From the NCBI GenBank assembly GCA_050949505.1, contig JBMNFV010000001.1, forward strand, positions 286,284 to 350,283: 64,000 nt of DNA, written 5' to 3'. A program made the translations under genes and the position numbers. This DNA is from Patescibacteria group bacterium (GTDB lineage: Bacteria; Patescibacteriota; Patescibacteriia; Patescibacteriales; UBA12465). Below the pieces are notes generated by a model. The model had not been told where the DNA came from. It made no database searches and worked only from the letters and a program-made list of their open reading frames with translations. This document shows, one piece after another, positions 23,049 through 33,635 of this stretch. How positions within the stretch are numbered: the stretch's first letter is position 1; each line of letters opens with the position of its first letter.

Positions 23049-25361
23049 ATGGATCAAGCTAATTTATCAACACATCCAGTAGAAACGCCACCAGAGCCTA
23101 GGGCTAAAAAGTACTGGGGCCTAGGGCTAGCTATTGGGGGAGCGGTGCTTTTATTAGCGATTGCTTCTTTTTTTGCCATTACCAGAAATCAAGGCCTATT
23201 TAAGCAAGAGCAGGCCGAGCCGGAAGTTTCTTCAGAAATTATTGTAGAAATAACTGAGGAGGAAGAGGAATTAATAGAGTTAGAGATTAATCCACTCGCT
23301 AATCAATTTGCTCCCTATAATTTACAGACTATCAAAGTTAATCCCGCTATCCCTAAATATCCCCTGGAATCTAATTTAAGTAATATTACTAATTTAGGGC
23401 AATTCTATTTATCAGACCAAGACAAGGAGATGTTGGCGAGAAATCAGTTTATAGTTCGGCCAGACACTTATTCAGAATTTTTCCCGCTATATGAATCTAA
23501 TCGGTATAACAAGATTCCTAGCTTTATTACCACCGACTCTATTTTACATAACTACCATTTGCTCTTTGACTTCTTGCTTAAGCAGTTAGAGGAGCAAAAA
23601 TTATCAGCTGGACTAAAAAAGTTAAGTCAACAAATGTTTGCCAGTGCCCTTGATCAATACAAGACACTACAAGGGACCACTTGGGAAGAGGAGGCTAGGA
23701 GAAATGTGGCCTTCTTTGCCGTAGGCAACAAGCTTTTAGACCCCGAGTTTGTTATCCCTAGCTTGGTAGCTACCGAAGTTAATCAAGAATTAGAGGCCAT
23801 TAACAAACATGAAGACTTAAAAGGTTCTCCGGTGATGAAAGGTTCAACTGATGAAGTATACTTAGAAGACTACACACAGTATATTCCCCGAGGACACTAT
23901 ACTAAGTCAGAAGAGCTAGAAAGATATTTCCGCACAATGATGTGGTACGGAAGATTTACCTTTATTTCAGATAGAGACAGCCAGCTAAAGTCAGCCCTAT
24001 TAATGACTCTCGCTTTAGACGAAGAGGCTAACTTATCTCAATGGAAAAAGCTTTACGAGCCAATTAATTTCTTTGTTGGCAAAAGTGATGACCTCACCTA
24101 CGAGCAAATGATTGGCCTAATTACTCAAGTCTATGGCGAAGAGCAGGATTTGGTGAAAATTAGTCAAGATCAAGCTAGCTTTAGCAGATTTTCTGAGGCG
24201 GTAAATAAATTAGAAGGTCCAAAGATTAACTCTATTCCCATATTTATTGCCTCTTTGGACTCTGATCGTGAAGCGCTAATTAAGGGCTTCAGATTTATGG
24301 GGCAACGCTTTACAGTTGATGCGGAGATTTTCCAGCGCCTAATCACCCGAGAGGTCGGCCCGAAAGGGGGATCTTGCGAGGATGCTCCCTTTGATGAGGG
24401 GCGTATGTTGCCTCAAGGGCTAGATATTCCTGCGGCCCTTGGCTCATCTGAAGCAGAGGCAATTTTAGAGAGTCAGGGAGAAAAAGATTATGCTTGCTAT
24501 CCTGAAAATCTAAGCAAGCTTCAGGTTTATTTAAAAGAATTACCGGAGAATCATTGGCAGCAAAACCTCTACTGGGGCTGGCTATATCAATTACGACCAT
24601 TATTGGAAGAGAGAGGTGAGGGCTATCCAGTCTTTATGCAAAGTTCAGCTTGGACTAGAAAGAGTTTGAGTGCCTTTTTAGGCAGTTGGGCTGAGCTGAA
24701 GCACGATACAATTCTTTATGCCAAGCAAGTCTATGCTGAGTTTGGAGGAGGTTTTCCTCCTGATAATGATGACCGAGGTTATGTTGAACCAAACCCGGAG
24801 GTTTATGCCCGGCTTAGTGCTCTGTTAGAAATGACTATTTCTGGCCTAGAGTCTCGGGACCTGCTAGTTTCAGATCAGAAAGATAATCTCTTATTAATGA
24901 AACAATTAGCCGACTCTTTGCGAGTGATCTCTGAAAAAGAATTAGCCAATGAGAGTTTAAGTGAGGAGGAGTATGAGCTAATTCGTTCTTATGGTGGACA
25001 ACTAGAACATATTTGGTTAGAGATTAATAAAAATGAGCCGGAGTTCATTAACTCTACTGGTGCCAGAGATTATCTCGATCAGAATCCGGCCGCCGTTATC
25101 ACTGATGTCGCTACTGACCCTAATGGGGCAGTATTAGAGGTGGGAGTGGGTAATATTTTCCAGATTCTGGCTATCGTTCCCATTGAGGGACAGCTGCGCT
25201 TAGCTAAGGGAGGGGTTTTCTCCTATTACGAATTCCCCTGGTCAATGAATGACCGCTTAACTAATGAAAAATGGCGAGCGATGATTCGGCCAGATAGCAA
25301 TGTTCCATTGCCAAAATTACCTCAGTGGACTAGTGCGTATCTAGTTAGTAGCCAAGAATAA
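23049..25361 (+). CDS. DUF3160 domain-containing membrane-anchored protein
   Basis: 770 aa with an N-terminal TM helix. IPSFITTDSILHNYHLLFD and later blocks match the DUF3160 pattern as remembered. Confidence 0.7.
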   Translation: MDQANLSTHPVETPPEPRAKKYWGLGLAIGGAVLLLAIASFFAITRNQGLFKQEQAEPEVSSEIIVEITEEEEELIELEINPLANQFAPYNLQTIKVNPAIPKYPLESNLSNITNLGQFYLSDQDKEMLARNQFIVRPDTYSEFFPLYESNRYNKIPSFITTDSILHNYHLLFDFLLKQLEEQKLSAGLKKLSQQMFASALDQYKTLQGTTWEEEARRNVAFFAVGNKLLDPEFVIPSLVATEVNQELEAINKHEDLKGSPVMKGSTDEVYLEDYTQYIPRGHYTKSEELERYFRTMMWYGRFTFISDRDSQLKSALLMTLALDEEANLSQWKKLYEPINFFVGKSDDLTYEQMIGLITQVYGEEQDLVKISQDQASFSRFSEAVNKLEGPKINSIPIFIASLDSDREALIKGFRFMGQRFTVDAEIFQRLITREVGPKGGSCEDAPFDEGRMLPQGLDIPAALGSSEAEAILESQGEKDYACYPENLSKLQVYLKELPENHWQQNLYWGWLYQLRPLLEERGEGYPVFMQSSAWTRKSLSAFLGSWAELKHDTILYAKQVYAEFGGGFPPDNDDRGYVEPNPEVYARLSALLEMTISGLESRDLLVSDQKDNLLLMKQLADSLRVISEKELANESLSEEEYELIRSYGGQLEHIWLEINKNEPEFINSTGARDYLDQNPAAVITDVATDPNGAVLEVGVGNIFQILAIVPIEGQLRLAKGGVFSYYEFPWSMNDRLTNEKWRAMIRPDSNVPLPKLPQWTSAYLVSSQE

Positions 25362-25369
25362 TTAAGTCA

Positions 25370-27079
25370 ATGCTAATTAAAAAGAATAACTGGATAATTA
25401 ACTTACTCCTCCTAGGCTTAATTATAGCCCTAGTCTTTGGTCTAGTTATTTCTAATCAACATCAAGAAGACTTAGAAATTAATTCAGAAGAGCAGGGGAG
25501 TTTGCTTAGTTTAGAATATCCCAACCCTGAACCCAGGATCACCCTGTTAGCAGTGGGTGACCTTTCTTTTTCTCGGGGAGTGGAGATGATGATGGATAGA
25601 AACGATGACCTGTACTACCCTTTTCGGCAGTTAGAAGGATTTTTTCAATCAGCCGATTTAAGTTTCGCTAACTTAGAAAGCCCTCTCACTCCGGGTCGGG
25701 TAATTCAAAGTGGAGAAATGATTTTTAGAGGCAAGTCAGAGATGGCTGAAGTTCTAGCAACTTTGGGAATAGATATTGTTTCTTTAGCTAATAATCATAC
25801 TCCCAACTTTGGAGAAAAAGGACTTAAGGATACCTTTAATAGCTTAACCGACTCAGGAGTTCTTTATGTTGGCGCCGGAGAAACTGACCAGGCGGCTTAT
25901 GCTCCAGTCTATTTAAGCAAGAGCGGCTTGACCTTAGCCTTTATCGCTCACAATGATAGTGATGTGGTGCCGGCTAGTTATCGGGCGAGTAGTGATCGAG
26001 CCGGAACAGCGCTAATGGATAAAGAGCGCTTGCAGGCCGCGATTTTGGAAGCTAAAGAAAAAGCAGACCTGATTATTGTCTCTCTCCATTCAGGAACAGA
26101 ATATGTCCCCCAGCCTAATAGTCGGCAAACAGACTTTGCCCGAGCGGCCATTGACTACGGAGCGGACTTAGTAATTGGCCATCATCCTCATGTGGTACAA
26201 ACCATGGAGCAGTATCAAGGGAAATATATTTTCTATAGCTTAGGTAATTTTGTTTTTGACCAGTCTTGGTCTCAAGAAACTAAAGAAGGCTTGGCGATAG
26301 AGCTAAAACTTAGTCGGCAAGGGGTAATTGAAGTCTATTTCTGGCCAGTGGTGATGGAAAAATTAGCGCAACCACGACTAGCTAAGTCAGCGGAAGCTGA
26401 GAAGATTTTAGCTAGATTGGCTTATCCTCTTGATTTACAGCCCCTTTATTATTGGGATGGTGAAAAGGAAATAGAAACAGTGATTGGCTATTTAAGGGAG
26501 TCTGAAGAGACTAGCAAAGAAGAGTTGGGCAAGTTAGTAAGGGCTGACTTAGATCAGGATGGGATCATTGAAGACTATTTATTATCCGCGGGACAACTGC
26601 AGATAATTAAAGAAGGTCAAATTATTTGGCAATCTCCAGAGGACTGGCAGATTGATGACTTTCAGTTAGCGGATATTAATAATGATGGGGTAGTAGATAT
26701 TAACTTATCGCTATGGAAGCCTGGTAGCTTTGCCAGCTCGCAACCTTTTTGGTTGGCAGAAAACGACTTGAGGGTTAAAAATCATTTCTTTGTCTTAGAC
26801 TACAATCAAGGAGATCCCCAGCCTCTTTGGGGTTCATCAAACTTAGAGCAAGCCAATTGTCAGTTTATAGTCCAAGATTTAGATGGCGATGGTTTTCCTG
26901 AATTATTGACAGTAGAGGGGGAGTATCAAGAGGGGACTGAGTGTCAGGGTAAGTATTTAGCTATTTGGCGCTGGAATGGTTGGGGCTTTGCTAATGAGTG
27001 GCGTAGTGAGGCGGGGGAATTTAAGGACTTAATACTCAAGACAGTTAATCAACAAACATACTTTACCGCCACTAATTAG
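25370..27079 (+). CDS. CapA/PGA_cap family metallophosphatase-like protein with C-terminal FG-GAP/VCBS-like repeats
   Basis: ITLLAVGDLSFSR, ANLESPLT, SLANNHTPNFG and HHPHVVQ motifs. The C-terminal DLDQDGIIED, DINNDGVVD and DLDGDGFPE resemble calcium-binding repeats. Confidence 0.75.
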   Translation: MLIKKNNWIINLLLLGLIIALVFGLVISNQHQEDLEINSEEQGSLLSLEYPNPEPRITLLAVGDLSFSRGVEMMMDRNDDLYYPFRQLEGFFQSADLSFANLESPLTPGRVIQSGEMIFRGKSEMAEVLATLGIDIVSLANNHTPNFGEKGLKDTFNSLTDSGVLYVGAGETDQAAYAPVYLSKSGLTLAFIAHNDSDVVPASYRASSDRAGTALMDKERLQAAILEAKEKADLIIVSLHSGTEYVPQPNSRQTDFARAAIDYGADLVIGHHPHVVQTMEQYQGKYIFYSLGNFVFDQSWSQETKEGLAIELKLSRQGVIEVYFWPVVMEKLAQPRLAKSAEAEKILARLAYPLDLQPLYYWDGEKEIETVIGYLRESEETSKEELGKLVRADLDQDGIIEDYLLSAGQLQIIKEGQIIWQSPEDWQIDDFQLADINNDGVVDINLSLWKPGSFASSQPFWLAENDLRVKNHFFVLDYNQGDPQPLWGSSNLEQANCQFIVQDLDGDGFPELLTVEGEYQEGTECQGKYLAIWRWNGWGFANEWRSEAGEFKDLILKTVNQQTYFTATN

Positions 27080-27144
27080 TAGTTATCAAAAGTGGAAATA
27101 TATGCTAAGCTATCAGTAGCTTAATTAATTATTATATAAAATTT

Positions 27145-27885
27145 ATGAAATTAACTGGTAAAACTGCCATTGTCACTGGAGCTAAGCAAGGCATCGGTAA
27201 GGGAATTGCTTTGGCCCTAGCTCAAGCGGGCGCCAAGGTAGTAGTCTCAGACCTAGACTTAACAGAGAGTCAATTAGTGGTAGACGAAATTATTGCCCAA
27301 GGAGGAGAGGCCTTAGCAGTTAAATGTGATGTTACTAAAAAAGAAGAAATTGAGGCAATGATCACCCAGACTAAAGAGACTTTTCAGTCGGTAGATATTC
27401 TGGTTAATAACGCTGGAGTCTTTCCCGCTAAGAGCTTTACGGAAATGAGTGAAGCTGATTGGGATTGGGTAATGAACATTAATGTTAAGGGTGTTTTTCT
27501 CTGCACCCAAGAGGCCTTAAAGGTCATGCCAGATGGCGGACGAATTATTAATATCTCATCTATTGCCGGCACGATTGGTTTCCCAGGCTTAACTCACTAC
27601 TGTGCTTCTAAGGGAGCGGTAAATTCTTTGGCTCGGGCCTTAGCCCTAGAGCTAGCCCCTCGTCAGATTACGGTTAACAATGTTGCTCCAGGAGCGATTG
27701 AGACGCCGGGAGCGAGTGGTGCTCAAGATGAGCAAACTAAGCAGCAAACTACTTTAGCCATTCCTTTAGCTCGTCAAGGAGAACCAGCCGATATTGCTCA
27801 GGCGGTTGTCTATTTAGCCTCTCCAGGAGCTAACTATGTGACCGGGCAAACAATTACCGTTGATGGCGGCTGGACGGTGCAATAA
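27145..27885 (+). CDS. SDR-family oxidoreductase (FabG-like)
   Basis: TGAKQGIGKG cofactor motif, NNAG, and the catalytic S...YCASK. Confidence 0.9.
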   Translation: MKLTGKTAIVTGAKQGIGKGIALALAQAGAKVVVSDLDLTESQLVVDEIIAQGGEALAVKCDVTKKEEIEAMITQTKETFQSVDILVNNAGVFPAKSFTEMSEADWDWVMNINVKGVFLCTQEALKVMPDGGRIINISSIAGTIGFPGLTHYCASKGAVNSLARALALELAPRQITVNNVAPGAIETPGASGAQDEQTKQQTTLAIPLARQGEPADIAQAVVYLASPGANYVTGQTITVDGGWTVQ

Positions 27886-27910
27886 ATTACTACAAAGATT
27901 AGCCTATTTA

Positions 27911-27932
27911 AAAACCGACTTAGTCGGTTTTT
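27911..27932 (+). terminator. rho-independent terminator
   Basis: AAAACCGAC-tta-GTCGGTTTT followed by T. Confidence 0.65.
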
Positions 27933-27981
27933 GCTTAGTCTAATTTATGATAAAATAGTCTTGTTAGCAATAAGATGATTT

Positions 27982-28677
27982 ATGAATAAGGAAGAGATAA
28001 ATTCAGAGTGGCAGGTAGCTCTAAGGGACTACCTTCAAACAGACAGCTTCTTAGCCTTGGCTGAATTTGTTCGTCAAGAATATTTAAGCAAAGAAGTATA
28101 TCCTCCCTTAGAGAACCTATTCAAAGCCTTGACGTTAACACCCTTTTCACAAGTGAAGGTAATTATTTTAGGACAAGACCCTTATCATGGCCCAGGCCAA
28201 GCTCAGGGTCTAAGTTTTTCCGTTCCCGCGGGCGTTCCTTTGCCGCCTTCTTTAAGAAATATCTATCAAGAACTGTTAGCGGACTGCTATCCAGATAAGC
28301 ACTTAGACTGGTCCCTTAGTTCAGGCGACCTGTCGGCTTGGGCCGAGCAAGGAGTGTTGTTGCTTAACGCGATTTTAAGTGTGGTGGCTCAGCAGCCCGC
28401 CTCCCATCGGGGTCAGGGTTGGGAGGAATTTACCGATATGGTGATCAAAACTTTATCAAATGAGCACGAACACTTAGTCTTTTTGCTTTGGGGTAATTAT
28501 GCGCGAGGCAAGAAGGGGCTAATAGACGAGACTAAGCATTTAATTTTAGAAGCTCCGCATCCCTCACCTCTCTCAGCCTATCAAGGCTTCTTTGGTAGTC
28601 GCCATTTTTCCGCTTGTAATCAGCAGTTGAGGCAGTGGGGACAGTCGGAAATAGATTGGCTAAGAGTATTTAAATAG
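27982..28677 (+). CDS. ung: uracil-DNA glycosylase (family 1)
   Basis: GQDPYHGPGQAQGLSFSV and HPSPLSA motifs. Confidence 0.9.
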   Translation: MNKEEINSEWQVALRDYLQTDSFLALAEFVRQEYLSKEVYPPLENLFKALTLTPFSQVKVIILGQDPYHGPGQAQGLSFSVPAGVPLPPSLRNIYQELLADCYPDKHLDWSLSSGDLSAWAEQGVLLLNAILSVVAQQPASHRGQGWEEFTDMVIKTLSNEHEHLVFLLWGNYARGKKGLIDETKHLILEAPHPSPLSAYQGFFGSRHFSACNQQLRQWGQSEIDWLRVFK

Positions 28678-28803
28678 GGTTGCTAGCCTTGATTTTTCTA
28701 AAAATTAACAGTATAGTAGCTAAAGAGATCATTAACATTATTAACCAAACAAGGAGGTCATTGACGAGATTGTTAGAAAGCAGGGTAAGTCAGTGAAATA
28801 ATT

Positions 28804-29184
28804 ATGATAATTGTATATTGCCCCGGTTGCCGTCGGATTAAGATAGAGTCCGAGGCAATCAAAGAAATGGAGCAAAGTTTTAAAGAGGCGGAAGCGGAAG
28901 AAATAGAAGCTGCCCGGGAACAAATAAGACAAGCTAGCTCTCAAGAGGAGTTAGATGAAATTAATCAAAGTCTGGAGCTACAAACCCGACAGTGCCTCTC
29001 AGCAGTTGAAGAATTTGAGGGGGAAATATGGGTAGAGTTAAATGATGCAGAGTGGGGAGCCATACATATGTTTATGAATTCTCCTAATCTGCTTTACATA
29101 GCGGACAACTATGCGGACTATCCGGAGCTCTGTCCCGAGTGCTTATTCGCTCAAGAAAAGAGCGAGCAAGCACAAAAAAACTAA
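28804..29184 (+). CDS. hypothetical acidic protein with split CxxC pairs
   Basis: CPGC near the N-terminus and CPEC near the C-terminus; followed by the terminator AGAAGGC-cta-GCCTTCT and a T run. Confidence 0.45.
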   Translation: MIIVYCPGCRRIKIESEAIKEMEQSFKEAEAEEIEAAREQIRQASSQEELDEINQSLELQTRQCLSAVEEFEGEIWVELNDAEWGAIHMFMNSPNLLYIADNYADYPELCPECLFAQEKSEQAQKN

Positions 29185-29313
29185 GAGAAGGCCTAGCCTT
29201 CTTTTTTTAAGATAAAATTGAATTAAATTTTAGTTTATTCTTTCCTTTAAATATGCTAATATTTGTCTTAGGCAAAGGAATATCCATTGTTGGGAGATTT
29301 TATTATAAAAAAT

Positions 29314-30831
29314 ATGGTTGAGAGAAATAAGGTAGTATTAATTATTAGAGATGGTTGGGGCTATCGTCAGGCAACTAAGCATAATTATATTGCTGCCGCT
29401 AAAACCCCTAATGAAGACCGCTATTTACAGCAGCACCCCCACGGTTTGCTCCAAGCCAGCGGGGAGGCCGTCGGTCTAAGCAAGGGCTATCAGGGCAACT
29501 CTGAGGTAGGGCATTTAACTCTTGGCTCTGGGAGGATTATTTTCCAAGCCCTAGAGCAAATTAATCAGGCCATAGCTAATGGTGAGTTTTTTAATAATCA
29601 AGCGCTACTTAAACTTATTAACTATTGTCAGAAAAAGAATCAACCCCTTCATCTAATTACCTTGCTACAAACCCAGGGAGTCCATGCTCATCTTGATCAC
29701 CTGTTAGCGCTACTGGACCTTTGTCAGCAGGAGAAATTTAGCAATATCTTAATCCATGTTATTACTGACGGCCGAGATGCACCAGTTACGGAGAGTCTGA
29801 AGCACTTAAGGCGCGTAAATAGGAAGATGGCAGAATTAGGAATTGGCAAGATCGCCACTATCTCTGGTCGCTATTATGCCATGGATAGAGACCAGCGCTG
29901 GGCGAGAACTAAGTTGGCCTATCAAGCAATAGCTCAAGGACAGGGCAGGGAGTTTATTGAGCCAATTAAATTCCTTAAAGCCTGTCATCAGGCCGGTGAG
30001 ACGGATGAGTTTATCAAACCAAGTTGTGCTAAGGGATATCAAGGAATAGAGTCAGGAGCGGGGGTGATTTTTGTTAATTTCCGCACAGATAGAACCAGGC
30101 AGCTAACCCAGGCCCTAAGCGAGCCTCAGTTTGCTGGGTTTAAGCGCCAATTAATCCCCTTGAAGATGGTAAGCATGACCAACTACTACCAACAGCAAGT
30201 AGCAAAAATAGCTTTTCCTAATCAAAAATTAACTAAATTGCTAGGAGAAGTGGTTGCTCAAGCGGGACTAAGACAATTAAGGATTAGTGAGACGGAAAAA
30301 TATGCCCATGTCACTTTTTTCTTTAATGGGCAAAAAGAAGTTCCCTTTCAGGGAGAGGACAGAATTTTAATCAAGTCTCCTCAAGTTGCTACCTATGACC
30401 TACAACCAGAGATGAGTGCCCCAAAAATTAGTCAGGCCTTGTGTCGGGAAATTAAGACTGAAAAATATGACTTAATTATTGTAAATTTAGTAAATGGTGA
30501 TATGGTCGGACATACCGCTAAGCACCAGGCGATTATCAAGGCCATTGAGGCGGTTGATAAAGCTCAGGGAGAAATAGTTAAGGCCGCCCTAGCTAAAAAC
30601 TATACCTGCCTATTATTAGCTGACCATGGCAATGCAGAAGACAAGGGACCCAAAACCATGACTAGCCATACCACTAATCCCGTGCCGGTAATTTTAGTTA
30701 GCAATCGTCCAGCTCTGCAAGCCAAGAAATTTAGGCGAGGCGGAGGACTACAAGATGTTGCCCCCACTATCCTTGCCCTACTAGGGCTAAACAAACCCCG
30801 GGAAATGACTGGAGAAAACCTGTTGAGCTAG
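29314..30831 (+). CDS. gpmI: 2,3-bisphosphoglycerate-independent phosphoglycerate mutase
   Basis: LIIRDGWG, GNSEVGH, ITDGRD, ETEKYAHVTFFFNG and ADHGN motifs. Confidence 0.9.
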   Translation: MVERNKVVLIIRDGWGYRQATKHNYIAAAKTPNEDRYLQQHPHGLLQASGEAVGLSKGYQGNSEVGHLTLGSGRIIFQALEQINQAIANGEFFNNQALLKLINYCQKKNQPLHLITLLQTQGVHAHLDHLLALLDLCQQEKFSNILIHVITDGRDAPVTESLKHLRRVNRKMAELGIGKIATISGRYYAMDRDQRWARTKLAYQAIAQGQGREFIEPIKFLKACHQAGETDEFIKPSCAKGYQGIESGAGVIFVNFRTDRTRQLTQALSEPQFAGFKRQLIPLKMVSMTNYYQQQVAKIAFPNQKLTKLLGEVVAQAGLRQLRISETEKYAHVTFFFNGQKEVPFQGEDRILIKSPQVATYDLQPEMSAPKISQALCREIKTEKYDLIIVNLVNGDMVGHTAKHQAIIKAIEAVDKAQGEIVKAALAKNYTCLLLADHGNAEDKGPKTMTSHTTNPVPVILVSNRPALQAKKFRRGGGLQDVAPTILALLGLNKPREMTGENLLS

Positions 30832-31013
30832 GGTTTCTTTAGTTTTAAAGTTAATCGTAAAGAGAAGATAATATTTTAATTAGCTTCTTTTTTTAATAAA
30901 AACTTTAAATAATTGACAAGATTAGTTATTTTAGGTAATATATCAATAATTCTTTAACAATAATGGCCCAACAAAAATACTGGGCTTAATATTAACCAAA
31001 AAAAATTGTAAAA

Positions 31014-31436
31014 ATGAAAAAGAACGGAAAAAAAAGAGGAGAATGGGTGTTAAGAGATCAGGTCTGGATGCGCAATGGGGTGTATTACCCTAACGTAGCC
31101 CGGATCAAGTCGGACAGAGTATTACGCTGTACCGATGTCAGAAATTATTTTTTACCAGGCACTTTTGTGCATTATTGCACAAACCTGGTTTACCGGGAAG
31201 AGTTTGCTAAGGGTGAAGTCCTTTATCTTGCTTCCGTAAAGGAGGTAGATGGGAACAACTCTTGCCCCATCCCATTGGGGATGTTGGAGTTCACTCCCAG
31301 ACAAAAGAGAGAACTATTAGCTGAGGGAATTCCTCCTGAAGCTTTTAAAAAACTCCCCTCCAGGGTCTTTCCAAATGACCTGGAGGAGCCTTATGGATTA
31401 GATTTGGGGAGCGTTTATGACTTCTGGGAATACTAA
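31014..31436 (+). CDS. hypothetical protein
   Basis: 140-aa ORF with an upstream TTGACA-N17-TAATAT promoter-like sequence and a downstream terminator (AGGAGCTT-gaaat-AAGCTCCT followed by a T run). No family recognised. Confidence 0.45.
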   Translation: MKKNGKKRGEWVLRDQVWMRNGVYYPNVARIKSDRVLRCTDVRNYFLPGTFVHYCTNLVYREEFAKGEVLYLASVKEVDGNNSCPIPLGMLEFTPRQKRELLAEGIPPEAFKKLPSRVFPNDLEEPYGLDLGSVYDFWEY

Positions 31437-31699
31437 TCTCAGAAGCATTTAGAAATATTAGGAGCTTGAAATAAGCTCCTTTTTTATTATCTCGGGTTTA
31501 ATGGTCAAAAATGGTTGGTGAAAACACAGTTAATTTGCTTGACCTGGCCAGTTAAATGGCTTAGAATGAAGGGAAATCTAATTTAAAGCAAATTAGTGAT
31601 TGTTTTTTAACAAATAATTAACACTTTGGATTGATAGTCAGTCCCGTAGCTTATTGGCCTGACTATCAATCTAATGTTTAATTTAAAAATAGTTTTATC

Positions 31700-33193
31700 A
31701 TGAGAAAAAAATCTTTTTTTACCATGGGCTTAGCGATAGTTAGCCTGGTAGCAGTTGTATTATTATCTGGTTGTGAGCTAGACTATTTCGAAAGAAATAG
31801 TCCCATCGAAGAGGTTCCCAAGATAGTGTCTATAGAAATGAGGGGAATTTGGGCGGAAAGTGTTCACATTTCTATTGAAGTGAATGTCAGTCTAGATGAA
31901 TATGATCTGAGCCTTAAAGTTAACGAAGCTTCTCAAGTTAAAATAACAAGCAGGGTCAGAGAAAAATATTTACGTGTTCATAAGCTGGACAATCTAGAGC
32001 CAGATACGGATTATTCTGTGGAGATTATTCTCCATAACAACAAAGGTGAGGAGGTAGATAGAGGAGAGATTTCTTTTAGAACCGACATCCGATATGTAAC
32101 TGAAGGCGATGCCTTTATTATACCTGGAGCAAGAATCATGTTTGTAGCAACAGACTCAGAGGAGGCAGTTTATGCTATTGGTACCTACGGAGGAAGACCC
32201 AGAGACAAAGACAGCTTTGTCGCTAAAATGGATAACAAGGGAAAGTTATTATGGCGAAATAATATCATTACTCCTGGGCATAGCCATGGTGCTTCTATAA
32301 ATCCAATATTGGTTGATGAGGAAAAGAATTGCTTATATTTTCTTAATCACCAAAATTGCTCTGGTCCAATAAAAAAGGAAAATTTTTTCATTAACTCTTA
32401 TCGCCTAGATGATGGTGAGTTAAATTGGAGTAAAGATTACCAGGGAACATTTTCTTATGCTAAGTTTGACCTTGATAAAAACATAGTTATTTGCTTTGAC
32501 GACAGGGGGATTTATAAAATAAATTCCCAGGGAGATGTTATTGACTCTTATACTGGCGAGCATCGGGAAGGGGTAATCTATTTCTATCAAGAAAATGGTA
32601 TAAATAAGTTGCTTTTGGTTAATGTTAAGAAGAGTGAAGAGAAGAGTGAAGATTGGACAGATTATGTAAAAGTAGTAGCGATTGTTTACCAAGATTTCTT
32701 TAAAGTTAAGTTGTCTGAGGCAAGCATAGAGAAGCATCAACTGGGATCGCCTTTTAGAATGACTGGCCTTATTAGATTAGAATCGGAAGACAGGTTTGAG
32801 GCTGAATTCGTTGGCTATTATAGGAGATTTAATATGGATGAAAGTTTTAAGATTTGCGCTAACTTAACGATCTCAGGAAGGTTTGATGGAGACAGTATTC
32901 ACTCATTAGGAATGGGAGGTCTTAGGGAGTATACTGTTTATACAGAGAGGATGCCAGGGGGCCCCTATTATATAGAAACTGAAGATTACTATTTTGAAGT
33001 ACATGAGACTTTTTTTACTAAACCCTACTGGAATAGCAAGAAGCCGGGTATTCCATCGGTAGGATCTAATACAGAGATGTCAGGACGGATAGCCCCAACT
33101 GAATGGGGAGGGTATATGTCAATAGGGGATGGATTTGATATAGTGGGGAAAGTCTATCATCCCGATTGGGCTTGGTTAGAACAATTTGACTGA
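31700..33193 (+). CDS. hypothetical lipoprotein
   Basis: Signal peptide ending in the lipobox LLSGC; 497 aa of beta-rich sequence. No family recognised. Confidence 0.6.
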   Translation: MRKKSFFTMGLAIVSLVAVVLLSGCELDYFERNSPIEEVPKIVSIEMRGIWAESVHISIEVNVSLDEYDLSLKVNEASQVKITSRVREKYLRVHKLDNLEPDTDYSVEIILHNNKGEEVDRGEISFRTDIRYVTEGDAFIIPGARIMFVATDSEEAVYAIGTYGGRPRDKDSFVAKMDNKGKLLWRNNIITPGHSHGASINPILVDEEKNCLYFLNHQNCSGPIKKENFFINSYRLDDGELNWSKDYQGTFSYAKFDLDKNIVICFDDRGIYKINSQGDVIDSYTGEHREGVIYFYQENGINKLLLVNVKKSEEKSEDWTDYVKVVAIVYQDFFKVKLSEASIEKHQLGSPFRMTGLIRLESEDRFEAEFVGYYRRFNMDESFKICANLTISGRFDGDSIHSLGMGGLREYTVYTERMPGGPYYIETEDYYFEVHETFFTKPYWNSKKPGIPSVGSNTEMSGRIAPTEWGGYMSIGDGFDIVGKVYHPDWAWLEQFD

Positions 33194-33257
33194 TAGTCCT
33201 AAATAAAATAAAGCTCCGAGAAAAAATCTCGGAGTTTTTTATTACAGTCCCTAAAGT

Positions 33258-33629
33258 TTATTTTAATTCTTTTTCAAAAAAGTCTAGCACCTGTCTAAGA
33301 CCGAGATAGCAAGTGGCCCGCTGGCGACCATCAAAGACAAAGGGGACCCCGGCTTGACTGCGATCTAGTCCGCAGCTAGCGGCCTTCTCATAAAATAGCT
33401 GAGACTGCTCAGGAGAAGAAATCTCATAACTGAGGAAGGCTAGAGAATTAGGCAGTTGCTGTTCGGTGATAAATTCGTTTATTGTTAAGCAGTGAGGACA
33501 GCGTTGTCCGTAGAAATAAATCACTTTAGGAGGAGCGGTGCAGCGACTAATTACTAGGCCAATAATCAAGAAAAATAAAACAAAACTAATGAAATAAGCT
33601 AGGAAGAAGTTTTTTCTAGGCTGGCTCAT
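33258..33629 (-). CDS. membrane-anchored thioredoxin/glutaredoxin-like protein (CPHC)
   Basis: N-terminal TM helix followed by YFYGQRCPHC, the same CPHC site as the ORF at 1590. Confidence 0.6.
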   Translation of the reverse strand: MSQPRKNFFLAYFISFVLFFLIIGLVISRCTAPPKVIYFYGQRCPHCLTINEFITEQQLPNSLAFLSYEISSPEQSQLFYEKAASCGLDRSQAGVPFVFDGRQRATCYLGLRQVLDFFEKELK

Positions 33630-33635
33630 AAATTA

